The notes beneath the pieces are model-generated. The model searched no databases. It was not told where the DNA came from and was given only the letters and a program-made list of their open reading frames with translations. From positions 5,992-69,991 of the forward strand of contig CBFHKB010000002.1 of NCBI GenBank assembly GCA_965656295.1: DNA of 64,000 bases, written 5' to 3'. The translations under genes were made by a program, and so were the position numbers. Each line of letters opens with the position of its first letter. The stretch's first letter is position 1. Origin of the DNA: Psychroflexus sp. (GTDB taxonomy: Bacteria > Bacteroidota > Bacteroidia > Flavobacteriales > Flavobacteriaceae). Shown in pieces: positions 54,702 to 64,000 of this stretch.

Positions 54702-56423
54702 TTAGGCAATGCCTAATTCGTTTACAATTCTATTAATTTTTGTATCTAATTTAGCCGATACTAATTCGAACTCTTTTTGCTGTTCTAGACTCGTGTTTAC
54801 ACTGATGTAAAACTTTATTTTAGGTTCAGTTCCGCTCGGCCGCGCGGCAACTTTAGTTCCGTTCTCGGTGTAATAAATAAGCACATTAGATTTTGGTATA
54901 TCTAGTTTATAGGTGCTATGATCTTGTAAATTTTTGGCAATACCTGTTTGGTAGTCTTCAATTAAAACTACTTTTTCACCATCTATAAGGTTCAAGGGTT
55001 GCTCTCTTAAGTTAATCATTTTTTGCTTGATTTCTTCAGCACCTCGAATTCCTTTTTTAACAAGTGCTACTAAATGTTCTTTAAAATATCCGTGGTCTTG
55101 ATACAATTCTACTAACTTTTCGAAAAGGCTTTTGCCTGCCGCCTTTTGCTGTGCAGCCATTTCACAAACCAGTAAAATAGAAGTTACAGCATCTTTATCA
55201 CGAACAAAGTCACCAACCATAAAGCCAAAGCTTTCTTCGCCACCACCAATAAAGTTTGTATCAGGATGGTCTTTAATAAGTTTAGCAATCCATTTGAAGC
55301 CAGTTAAACTTTCTTTATAGTCTACACCAAAGCTCTCAGTTAAAACCCTCATCATTGGGGTTGATACGATAGTTGAAGCTACAAATTCATTATTCTTTAA
55401 TCGACCTTCTTTTTGCCATTGTTCAAGCAAAAAGCTAGTCATTAGCACCATGGTTTGGTTGCCGTTTAACAGCTGAAGTTTACCGTCTAGGTTTCTTACT
55501 GCAATGCCAAGTCGGTCACTATCGGGATCGGTTCCTATCACTAAATCACTGTTTGTTTTTTGGCCTAATTCAAGCGCTATTTTTAAAGCTTCGGGCTCTT
55601 CAGGGTTAGGCGATTTTACTGTTGGGAAATCTCCGTCTGGTTTGGCCTGTTCTTCAACAATATGTAATTGTGTATAGCCTGCTGCTTCTAATGTTTGTGG
55701 AACCATTGTGATCGACGTGCCATGAAGCGAAGTGAAGCTTATGTTTAGTAAATCTTTGGCTTCAGCTGGTGTAGAAAAGCTACCGTTTTTAATGGCATCT
55801 TTAATAAAGTCCTTTTCAGTGGTCGGGTCAAGCTCAGTAATTAATTCAGCATTGGACTCAAAATTAATTTCATCAAAATCTAAGCGCTCAATTTCTTCAA
55901 TAATTGCGGCATCTTGTGGTGGGACTAATTGACCGCCATCCTGCCAGTAAACTTTGTAACCATTATATTCAGGCGGATTATGACTCGCGGTGAGTACAAT
56001 ACCACAATGGCAGTTTAAATGTTTAACTGAATAGGAGAGAAGTGGTGTTGGGCGTAATTCGGGGTAAATAAATACTTGTATATTATTGGCTGAAAAGACA
56101 TTAGCGACTTCGTAAGCAAAGGCTTGACTGTTGTGACGGCAATCGTAAGCGATAGCAACTTTTAATGTTTGACTAGGAAACACTTTATGTAAATAATTTG
56201 AAATTCCCTGGGTATTTTTACCCAAGGTGTACTTATTAATTCGATTAGTTCCAGGTCCCATAACACCGCGCATACCACCAGTTCCAAACGCAAGATTTTT
56301 GTAAAAAGCTTCTTCTAAAGTTTTTTGGTCATGGTCTAAAAGTCTTTGAACTTCAGTTATGGTTTGCTGATCAAAAACAGCGCTATTTAACCACTGTTTT
56401 GCATTGTCTTGAAAAGTGCTCAT
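54702..56423 (-). CDS. phospho-sugar mutase (phosphoglucomutase/phosphomannomutase family)
   Basis: Active-site TASHNPPEYNGYK, metal loop GTDPDSDR and sugar loop GGEESFG. Confidence 0.9.
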   Translation of the reverse strand: MSTFQDNAKQWLNSAVFDQQTITEVQRLLDHDQKTLEEAFYKNLAFGTGGMRGVMGPGTNRINKYTLGKNTQGISNYLHKVFPSQTLKVAIAYDCRHNSQAFAYEVANVFSANNIQVFIYPELRPTPLLSYSVKHLNCHCGIVLTASHNPPEYNGYKVYWQDGGQLVPPQDAAIIEEIERLDFDEINFESNAELITELDPTTEKDFIKDAIKNGSFSTPAEAKDLLNISFTSLHGTSITMVPQTLEAAGYTQLHIVEEQAKPDGDFPTVKSPNPEEPEALKIALELGQKTNSDLVIGTDPDSDRLGIAVRNLDGKLQLLNGNQTMVLMTSFLLEQWQKEGRLKNNEFVASTIVSTPMMRVLTESFGVDYKESLTGFKWIAKLIKDHPDTNFIGGGEESFGFMVGDFVRDKDAVTSILLVCEMAAQQKAAGKSLFEKLVELYQDHGYFKEHLVALVKKGIRGAEEIKQKMINLREQPLNLIDGEKVVLIEDYQTGIAKNLQDHSTYKLDIPKSNVLIYYTENGTKVAARPSGTEPKIKFYISVNTSLEQQKEFELVSAKLDTKINRIVNELGIA

Positions 56424-56429
56424 CGTCTA

Positions 56430-57383
56430 TTAGTTTAATTGATCTTTGATGGTGTAAGTCGATTTATGTTGGTTGTTTTTCAATATTAATTCGCCAATAA
56501 AACCGGCTATAAATAATTGTACTCCAATTAACATGGCGGTAAGTGCGATGTAAAACCAAGGATTATCGACCACTAAAATGCTTGGCAATTGGTTATAAAC
56601 CTTGTACAGTTTGGAGGCGCCAATCCAAAATGCTGAAATAAAGCCAACTAGAAACATTAAAGTTCCAAAGGCACCAAATAGATGCATAGGGCGTCTTCCA
56701 AATTTAGAGAAAAACCAAATGGTGAGCAAATCGAGAAAGCCATTTACGAAACGCTCAGCGCCAAATTTAGTATGGCCATATTTTCGAGCTTGATGTTTAA
56801 CTACTTTTTCACTAATCTTTGTAAAGCCTTCATTTTTGGCAAGAACAGGAATATAGCGATGCATCTCGCCACTTAGCTTAATGGTTTTAACCACATCTTT
56901 ATGATAGGCTTTTAAGCCGCAGTTAAAATCATGGAGCTTTAGTCCTGAAACTAATCTAGCCGCTGCATTAAATATTTTTGAAGGGAAATTTTTAAATAAG
57001 ATAGAATCATATCGTTTTTTCTTCCAACCTGAAACCAATTGATATTTTTGATTTACAATCATATGGTAAAGTTCAGGTATTTCTTCAGGATTATCTTGTA
57101 AATCAGCATCCATCGTAATTATTACCTCACCTTGGGTTAATTTAAATCCTGCTGCAAGTGCTTGGGATTTACCAAAGTTTTTGGTGAATTGAATTGCTTT
57201 TACTTCTGGGTGTTGATTTGCTAGGTGCGTAATAATAGGCCATGAGTTATCACGACTGCCATCATCAATAAATATAATCTCATAAGTGAACTCATGGGCG
57301 TTCATCACTTGGACAATCCACTCATGTAGTTCTTTTAAAGACTCTTCTTCATTTAGTAATGGGATAACGATAGATAACTGCAT
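56430..57383 (-). CDS. family 2 glycosyltransferase, polyprenyl-phosphate glycosyltransferase type (DPM1/ArnC-like)
   Basis: LSIVIPLLNEE, IDDGSRD and MDADLQD motifs plus two C-terminal TM helices. Confidence 0.85.
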   Translation of the reverse strand: MQLSIVIPLLNEEESLKELHEWIVQVMNAHEFTYEIIFIDDGSRDNSWPIITHLANQHPEVKAIQFTKNFGKSQALAAGFKLTQGEVIITMDADLQDNPEEIPELYHMIVNQKYQLVSGWKKKRYDSILFKNFPSKIFNAAARLVSGLKLHDFNCGLKAYHKDVVKTIKLSGEMHRYIPVLAKNEGFTKISEKVVKHQARKYGHTKFGAERFVNGFLDLLTIWFFSKFGRRPMHLFGAFGTLMFLVGFISAFWIGASKLYKVYNQLPSILVVDNPWFYIALTAMLIGVQLFIAGFIGELILKNNQHKSTYTIKDQLN

Positions 57384-57387
57384 GCAA

Positions 57388-57900
57388 TTAGTTTTTCTTT
57401 ATGAGACCAACAAATAAGCTGATAAAGAAGGTTTTGAGCATTATTGAAATTATAGCCATTGTAGAAATCGCAAACGGCGAGGTAAAAATTAAAGCCACCG
57501 ACTTAGCAACTTCGGCCTCTTTAGGTTTCATGCTTTGGCGTTCAATTTCAGCTTCAATCGCTGTTATAGACTCTTCTTTCATAGCTTCTATAAATTCTGG
57601 CTGAATATAGCTATAATGAATATAATTATAGATAGCATAAAGTACACCGCCAATCGCACCAACAGCTAAACCAATTTTAAGCGCTGTTGAAAATGAAAGT
57701 TGTGCGCCATTATCGATTTTGTAAAGATGTATGGCATAAAACACAATAAAAATATTGGTGACCAAGTTTAAAATGCTAATCCCAAAATTTTGAGTGTAAT
57801 TAAAAGCAAACACTAACAATAAAATGAGTATTTGGGCACCACCAAATATGAGTCCAAAGCGTTGGGCGTAAGGTTTGATAGATAAATTTTGATCGTTCAT
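57388..57900 (-). CDS. DUF4199-like polytopic membrane protein
   Basis: About 170 aa and 4 TM segments, in the usual position upstream of the polyprenyl-P GT2 in Bacteroidota. Start set at the ATG at 57898-57900. Confidence 0.55.
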   Translation of the reverse strand: MNDQNLSIKPYAQRFGLIFGGAQILILLLVFAFNYTQNFGISILNLVTNIFIVFYAIHLYKIDNGAQLSFSTALKIGLAVGAIGGVLYAIYNYIHYSYIQPEFIEAMKEESITAIEAEIERQSMKPKEAEVAKSVALIFTSPFAISTMAIISIMLKTFFISLFVGLIKKN

Positions 57901-58021
57901 AAGATGAGGTATATTATCACATATAATTGAAGCTACGAAAGTAATCAAAAAACTTAGTATGTTAAGCGCTTCAATTTTAGATATTTTGTTGAAATAATTT
58001 TGTGTAATTTTAAATTTTATC

Positions 58022-58029
58022 TAAATTTG
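58022..58029 (+). promoter_or_regulatory. -7 box (TAnnTTTG) upstream of rpmE
   Basis: TAAATTTG, 24 nt before the ATG at 58054. Confidence 0.45.
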
Positions 58030-58053
58030 CAGCCTGATTAAAATAATAGAACA

Positions 58054-58305
58054 ATGAAAAAAGGGATACATCCAGAAAATTATAGATTAGTTGCTTTTAA
58101 AGATATGTCTAATAATGAGGTGTTTTTAACAAAATCTACTACTCAAACTAAAGAAACTATTGATGTTGATGGTGTTGAATACCCTTTAGTTAAGTTAGAA
58201 ATTTCAAGAACATCTCATCCGTTTTATACTGGTAAAACTAAGTTAGTTGATACTGCTGGACGAATTGACAAGTTCAAAAACAAATACGCTAAATTTAAAA
58301 AATAA
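58054..58305 (+). CDS. rpmE: 50S ribosomal protein L31, type B (no CxxC zinc motif)
   Basis: [11 protein letters not shown]-terminus and HPFYTGK. No Cys residues. Confidence 0.92.
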   Translation: MKKGIHPENYRLVAFKDMSNNEVFLTKSTTQTKETIDVDGVEYPLVKLEISRTSHPFYTGKTKLVDTAGRIDKFKNKYAKFKK

Positions 58306-58327
58306 TTTGGCAATTTTATACACTACT

Positions 58328-58360
58328 AAAAAGCTGAATGTTGACATTCAGCTTTTTTTG
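58328..58360 (+). terminator. rho-independent terminator after rpmE
   Basis: AGCTGAATG-TTGA-CATTCAGCT stem followed by T7. Confidence 0.8.
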
Positions 58361-58372
58361 TTTGTATGATGT

Positions 58373-58405
58373 AAAAAAAGGTAGTCTAATCGACTACCTT
58401 TTTTT
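58373..58405 (-). terminator. rho-independent terminator after icd
   Basis: GGTAGTC-TAATC-GACTACC stem flanked by A7 and T7. Lies 15 nt past the icd stop. Confidence 0.75.
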
Positions 58406-58419
58406 AGTAATTTTCAATT

Positions 58420-60660
<2,241 letters not shown>

Positions 60661-60741
60661 TTATAAATATTTCAAATAAATGCTTAAAAATAATTAATAA
60701 TAAAATGTATTCTTATTTTTTTGATGATTTGATAATAGGGT

Positions 60742-60773
60742 AAAAAAAAAGCTTGCATTTAGCAAGCTTTTTT
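60742..60773 (-). terminator. rho-independent terminator after rplS
   Basis: AGCTTGC-ATTTA-GCAAGCT stem with A9 on the plus strand (T9 on the minus strand). Confidence 0.8.
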
Positions 60774-60778
60774 GAATC

Positions 60779-61129
60779 TTAGTTTGAACGCTTTTCTTTA
60801 ATTCGAGCTTTCTTACCGGTAAGATTTCTGAAGTAGTTAATTCGAGCACGTCTAACGCTACCTCTTTTATTAACTTCAATTTTTTGTAGAGCTGGCATGT
60901 TGATTGGGAAAATCTTTTCAACACCGACTGTACTACTCATTTTTCTAATCGTAAAGGTTTTTAATAATCCACTTCCTTTAACTTGAATGACTACACCTTT
61001 AAAAAACTGAGTTCTTGTTTTTTGACCTTCTTTAATTTCGTAGTATACGGTTAACGTATCACCTGATGAAAATTCCGGAAAATCCTTTTTTTCTACAAAT
61101 TCGTCTTGGACAAACTTAACTAAATCCAT
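60779..61129 (-). CDS. rplS: 50S ribosomal protein L19
   Basis: FSSGDTLTVYYEIKEGQKTRTQFFKGVVIQ and VGVEKIFP. Start set at the Met of MDLVKFV (61127-61129). Confidence 0.95.
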   Translation of the reverse strand: MDLVKFVQDEFVEKKDFPEFSSGDTLTVYYEIKEGQKTRTQFFKGVVIQVKGSGLLKTFTIRKMSSTVGVEKIFPINMPALQKIEVNKRGSVRRARINYFRNLTGKKARIKEKRSN

Positions 61130-61197
61130 TTTATTAATTATTAGTTTTAAGCCACTACAAACATTCACGATTATCGTCAGAGGTTTATAAGGAATTG

Positions 61198-61205
61198 CAA
61201 AATTA
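61198..61205 (-). promoter_or_regulatory. -7 box (TAnnTTTG) upstream of rplS
   Basis: TAATTTTG on the minus strand, 68 nt before the ATG at 61129. Confidence 0.4.
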
Positions 61206-61229
61206 ATGTTTTTATTTTAAAATTTAAAA

Positions 61230-61907
61230 TTATTCTTTAATTAAGTCTGGTCTTAAATGTTTTGTGCGTTCTACAGCTTGCTGATCTCTCCATGCTTCAA
61301 TTTTTTGATTGTGACCACTGCATAATATGGGAGGTACTTCAAGTCCTTTGTAATTCGCTGGTCGTGTATAGATGGGCGGTGATAATAAGTTGTCTTGAAA
61401 TGAGTCAGTTAATGCGGATGTTTCATTGCCAAGTACGCCAGGAATTAACCTGATGACGGCATCACACAATATGGCAGCTCCTAATTCGCCACCAGAAAGC
61501 ACATAATCCCCAATAGAAATTTCTTTTGTTATAAATAGATCGCGTACGCGTTGGTCTACACCTTTATAATGACCACATAAAATGATAATATTTTTATAAA
61601 GTGAAATTTGATTGGCCATTTTTTGGTGTAAGGTTTCTCCATCTGGAGTCATATAAATAACCTCGTCGTAGACACGCTGTTTTTTTAATTCGGTAATACA
61701 CTTGTCGATAGGTTCAATCATCATGACCATTCCGGCACCACCACCATATTGATAGTCATCTACTTGTTTGTAGTTATTAGTTGTGTAGTCTCTAAGGTTA
61801 TGGAAATGAACATCAACTAGCTCTTTTTCAATAGCTCGCTTAACAATCGAGCCTTCAAATGGACTTTTGATGATATCTGGAACAACGCTAATTATATCAA
61901 TTCTCAT
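61230..61907 (-). CDS. trmD: tRNA (guanine37-N1)-methyltransferase
   Basis: [23 protein letters not shown], and [22 protein letters not shown]. Confidence 0.95.
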   Translation of the reverse strand: MRIDIISVVPDIIKSPFEGSIVKRAIEKELVDVHFHNLRDYTTNNYKQVDDYQYGGGAGMVMMIEPIDKCITELKKQRVYDEVIYMTPDGETLHQKMANQISLYKNIIILCGHYKGVDQRVRDLFITKEISIGDYVLSGGELGAAILCDAVIRLIPGVLGNETSALTDSFQDNLLSPPIYTRPANYKGLEVPPILCSGHNQKIEAWRDQQAVERTKHLRPDLIKE

Positions 61908-63207
61908 GCTTAATTTCTTTTAATTTGTAACTCATCATAAAGCTTATCGTTAATAACAACCCAAAAAATATAAATTGGTATATTAATCCGAAATAATCTG
62001 TAATTAAGCCAAAACTTGCGGTTATAATCGTGAATACACCAATAAATGTACTTGCCATTGCGACATAGGTTGGTCTATTATCTTCAGGAGCGTAATCTAC
62101 AAGATAGGTTTTACGGCTTAAACGCGCACCTGCGTAGGCAACTGCATTTATGAAAAATAGGGGTAAAATATAATAAATAGTAATATTGGCTTCAGTGATG
62201 AGCGTAATAATACACGCATATATAATTCCGCCAACAGCTATACCGCTTGCTAGTCGAAGAAGTTTTAGGCTAGATTTATCGGCTATTTTTCCCCATAATG
62301 GACTACTTATGACTTGTGCTAAACTAGAAACCACGATTAAATAGCCTAAGCTTTTAAATGATTGGTTGGTAACTTGATTAGCTAATACAACGTAAAAGGG
62401 TTGGAGTAAAGGGATTCCCATTAAAAGTGCACGGGTGATTAAAAAGTTTCTATAATTTGTATCTGTTTTTATTAACTTAAATCCTTCTTTTAGTTCATTT
62501 ATTGGAGAACGACCACCATCGGTAGCGCCTTTTTCTTCAATTATTAAATAGAAGCAAACACTTGCTAAAAACCATAATATACCTGCTGAAGCAAAAAGTA
62601 ATGTGTATAAACTTGCTGAACCTTGATTTTTTACAAAAAAACTCAAATATAAGCCAGCCATTAAGGCTAGTGCAGCCCCGAAACTTGAACGATAGCTGAG
62701 CATTTGGCCGCGTTCACCTTTTGGAATTGTTTTTCCGACAACATCTTTAAAACTTACAGAACCAATGCCTGAAGCTAAACTAAAAATGAAAATGAGTAAG
62801 ATGATTAAGTAGGCGGTAAATTCTTTTTGGTCAAAAAAATACATTAAAAGTGCACCTGCAAACATACATAGTGATTGGATAAGTGCAGCAATGCTCCAAA
62901 AGTATTTACGTATCGCAAAGCGTCTAATTTTACCACTAACAATTAATTGTGGAAGCAACGATCCTACATCTTTAGCAGGAACTAAGCTACCGATTAAAAA
63001 TACGGGAGCATTAAGAAAACTTAGAATCCAAGCTAAAGTAAGACTTGGACTAATAATGGCCTCAGCGAGTTTAGTTAATGTGCCATTTATTACATTTAAA
63101 TTAAAATTTCTAGGGACGTTAGTGCATTTAGAGTCTGGTATCGATTTACAGATTCTGGCATCGGTATCCTCGGTTAGAAACTCATAAAATTGATGACCGA
63201 TTTTCAA
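61897..63207 (-). CDS. MFS transporter
   Basis: About 12 TM segments in 436 aa. The 3' end overlaps the trmD start by 11 nt. Confidence 0.75.
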   Translation of the reverse strand: MKIGHQFYEFLTEDTDARICKSIPDSKCTNVPRNFNLNVINGTLTKLAEAIISPSLTLAWILSFLNAPVFLIGSLVPAKDVGSLLPQLIVSGKIRRFAIRKYFWSIAALIQSLCMFAGALLMYFFDQKEFTAYLIILLIFIFSLASGIGSVSFKDVVGKTIPKGERGQMLSYRSSFGAALALMAGLYLSFFVKNQGSASLYTLLFASAGILWFLASVCFYLIIEEKGATDGGRSPINELKEGFKLIKTDTNYRNFLITRALLMGIPLLQPFYVVLANQVTNQSFKSLGYLIVVSSLAQVISSPLWGKIADKSSLKLLRLASGIAVGGIIYACIITLITEANITIYYILPLFFINAVAYAGARLSRKTYLVDYAPEDNRPTYVAMASTFIGVFTIITASFGLITDYFGLIYQFIFFGLLLTISFMMSYKLKEIKHEN

Positions 63208-63812
63208 CTTCTGTTGTTTTTTTGAAGTTCATTTTTGGCATCCTGTAGTTGTCTACCTAACTTTTGTTGTTTTTCTAAAGCATTATGCTTGTAATTTTGG
63301 AATTCGTCCTCAAGATTTGTTAGGTTTTCTTTGATTTCAGAATTGATAATATAACTTCTTCTAAATCTAAACATAAAAAATAAAAGCAAGATTAACAATA
63401 AAACAACCACTAGCCATAAAATTAAGCGGTATGTGTTTTTTGTAAGATTAATTGTGCCAAACAACTTCATCTCATTCTGTTGATTTTCAAGAGCTAATGC
63501 ACGTTCGTTTAAACGTTTAACCTCTAACTTTAAGTCTTCAATTTTTTCGTTTTTTTCTAAAATTGTTTTACTATGACTTAAAATTTCAGCTTCAAGTTGA
63601 TTAATTTCAGCTTTGACTTTAGATTGTAAATTTCTGATGGCAACTTTTTCTATAACTTTATATTCTTTATAGCTCCCCGATTTTTTCACAACATTTTCAA
63701 ATTGATCTACCACAGAATTGCTGGTTGAATCAATTTCAGCTTGAGCTAAGCCCGATGGCATAAAACTAAGATATAGTATGGTAAATAAAAAAATTAGGCG
63801 ATGAGATTTCAT
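63204..63812 (-). CDS. signal-peptide-bearing coiled-coil protein with one internal TM helix, unknown function
   Basis: Signal peptide (LSFMPSGLAQA), heptad-like E/K/L/N-rich segments on both sides of the TM helix LILWLVVVLLLILLLFFMF. Overlaps the MFS gene start by 4 nt. Confidence 0.5.
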   Translation of the reverse strand: MKSHRLIFLFTILYLSFMPSGLAQAEIDSTSNSVVDQFENVVKKSGSYKEYKVIEKVAIRNLQSKVKAEINQLEAEILSHSKTILEKNEKIEDLKLEVKRLNERALALENQQNEMKLFGTINLTKNTYRLILWLVVVLLLILLLFFMFRFRRSYIINSEIKENLTNLEDEFQNYKHNALEKQQKLGRQLQDAKNELQKNNRS

Positions 63813-63856
63813 AGGATTACTTGTTAATTCATTTGATTAATTGTGTGTAAAAGTAC

Positions 63857-63884
63857 AAAAAAACCCTTAGCTAAAAGCTAAGGG
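63857..63884 (-). terminator. rho-independent terminator after gap
   Basis: CCCTTAGC-TAAAA-GCTAAGGG stem with A7 on the plus strand (T7 on the minus strand). Confidence 0.75.
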
Positions 63885-63913
63885 TAATCCTGAAATCAAA
63901 AGAAACAAACATT

Positions 63914-64000
63914 CTAATAGTACGTAAAACGCCTTACATTAGAAATGTATTTAGCCAACCTGATGACTTGGTGGCTGTATCCATATTCGTTATCGTACCA
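63914..64000 (-). CDS. gap: glyceraldehyde-3-phosphate dehydrogenase, extreme C-terminus only (rest outside the window)
   Basis: The reverse strand reads WYDNEYGYSHQVIRLAKYISNVRRFTYY-stop. WYDNEYGYS matches the conserved GAPDH C-terminal WYDNE(W/Y)GYS motif. Not in the ORF track because it is truncated. Confidence 0.65.
   Translation of the reverse strand, partial: WYDNEYGYSHQVIRLAKYISNVRRFTYY

Noticed and set aside
60694-60924. 76-aa minus-strand ORF overlapping the rplS 3' end.
   Set aside because: It is out of frame with the clearly conserved L19 and runs through the rplS terminator.
62891-63187. 98-aa plus-strand ORF inside the MFS transporter gene.
   Set aside because: It is an antisense shadow ORF with no start context or motifs.

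Overview
This is an AT-rich, very gene-dense chromosomal segment with about 69 CDS, two of them truncated at the window edges. I found no rRNA, tRNA, CRISPR array, transposase, integrase, prophage or recognisable defence gene. The content points to a Flavobacteriaceae-type Bacteroidota genome: a T9SS C-terminal sorting domain, fused ccoNO, TAnnTTTG -7 promoter boxes, and a Bacteroidota-typical DUF gene set (WbqC-like, DUF3822, DUF721, DUF4199, DUF5606). Almost everything is housekeeping. Left to right: dapB (partial)-lepB; a mutL-rhomboid-rhomboid-EEP array; ribH, recF, ybaB and oligopeptidase B. Next comes a PLP-enzyme pair that looks like sulfonolipid (capnine-type) biosynthesis, then rsmD, a RecD/Pif1-like helicase, kdsB and a photolyase-SDR-SRPBCC block. 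A complete cbb3 oxidase biogenesis cluster follows (ccoI-ccoS-ccoNO-ccoQ-ccoP-ccoG-fixH plus a DsbD_2-like gene), then a CoA-transferase, trxA and hemN-usp. The right half holds a fatty-acid hydroxylase, a three-gene biotin-dependent acyl-CoA carboxylase, LOS-type glycosyltransferases, dapD, ruvX-def and mazG. After that there is a long minus-strand array (DUF4199, GT2, phosphoglucomutase, MsbA-like ABC, ECF sigma module, RsmB-like methylase, T9SS-secreted endonuclease I), then rpmE, monomeric icd, rplS-trmD and gap (partial). I do not see a clear-cut novel multi-gene system. The points most worth a second look are: (1) the probable cysteate synthase/cysteate acyltransferase pair; (2) a MutL whose C-terminal endonuclease motifs look degenerate, translationally coupled to two rhomboid proteases; (3) an SDR with Val in place of the catalytic Tyr next to the photolyase; (4) similar ATGAy-N4-GTCAT palindromes in front of two cbb3 cluster genes; (5) several small orphan lipoprotein or beta-barrel gene pairs and an ECF sigma module with an atypical repeat-bearing anti-sigma candidate. 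All functional calls come from by-eye motif recognition, and no database search was possible.
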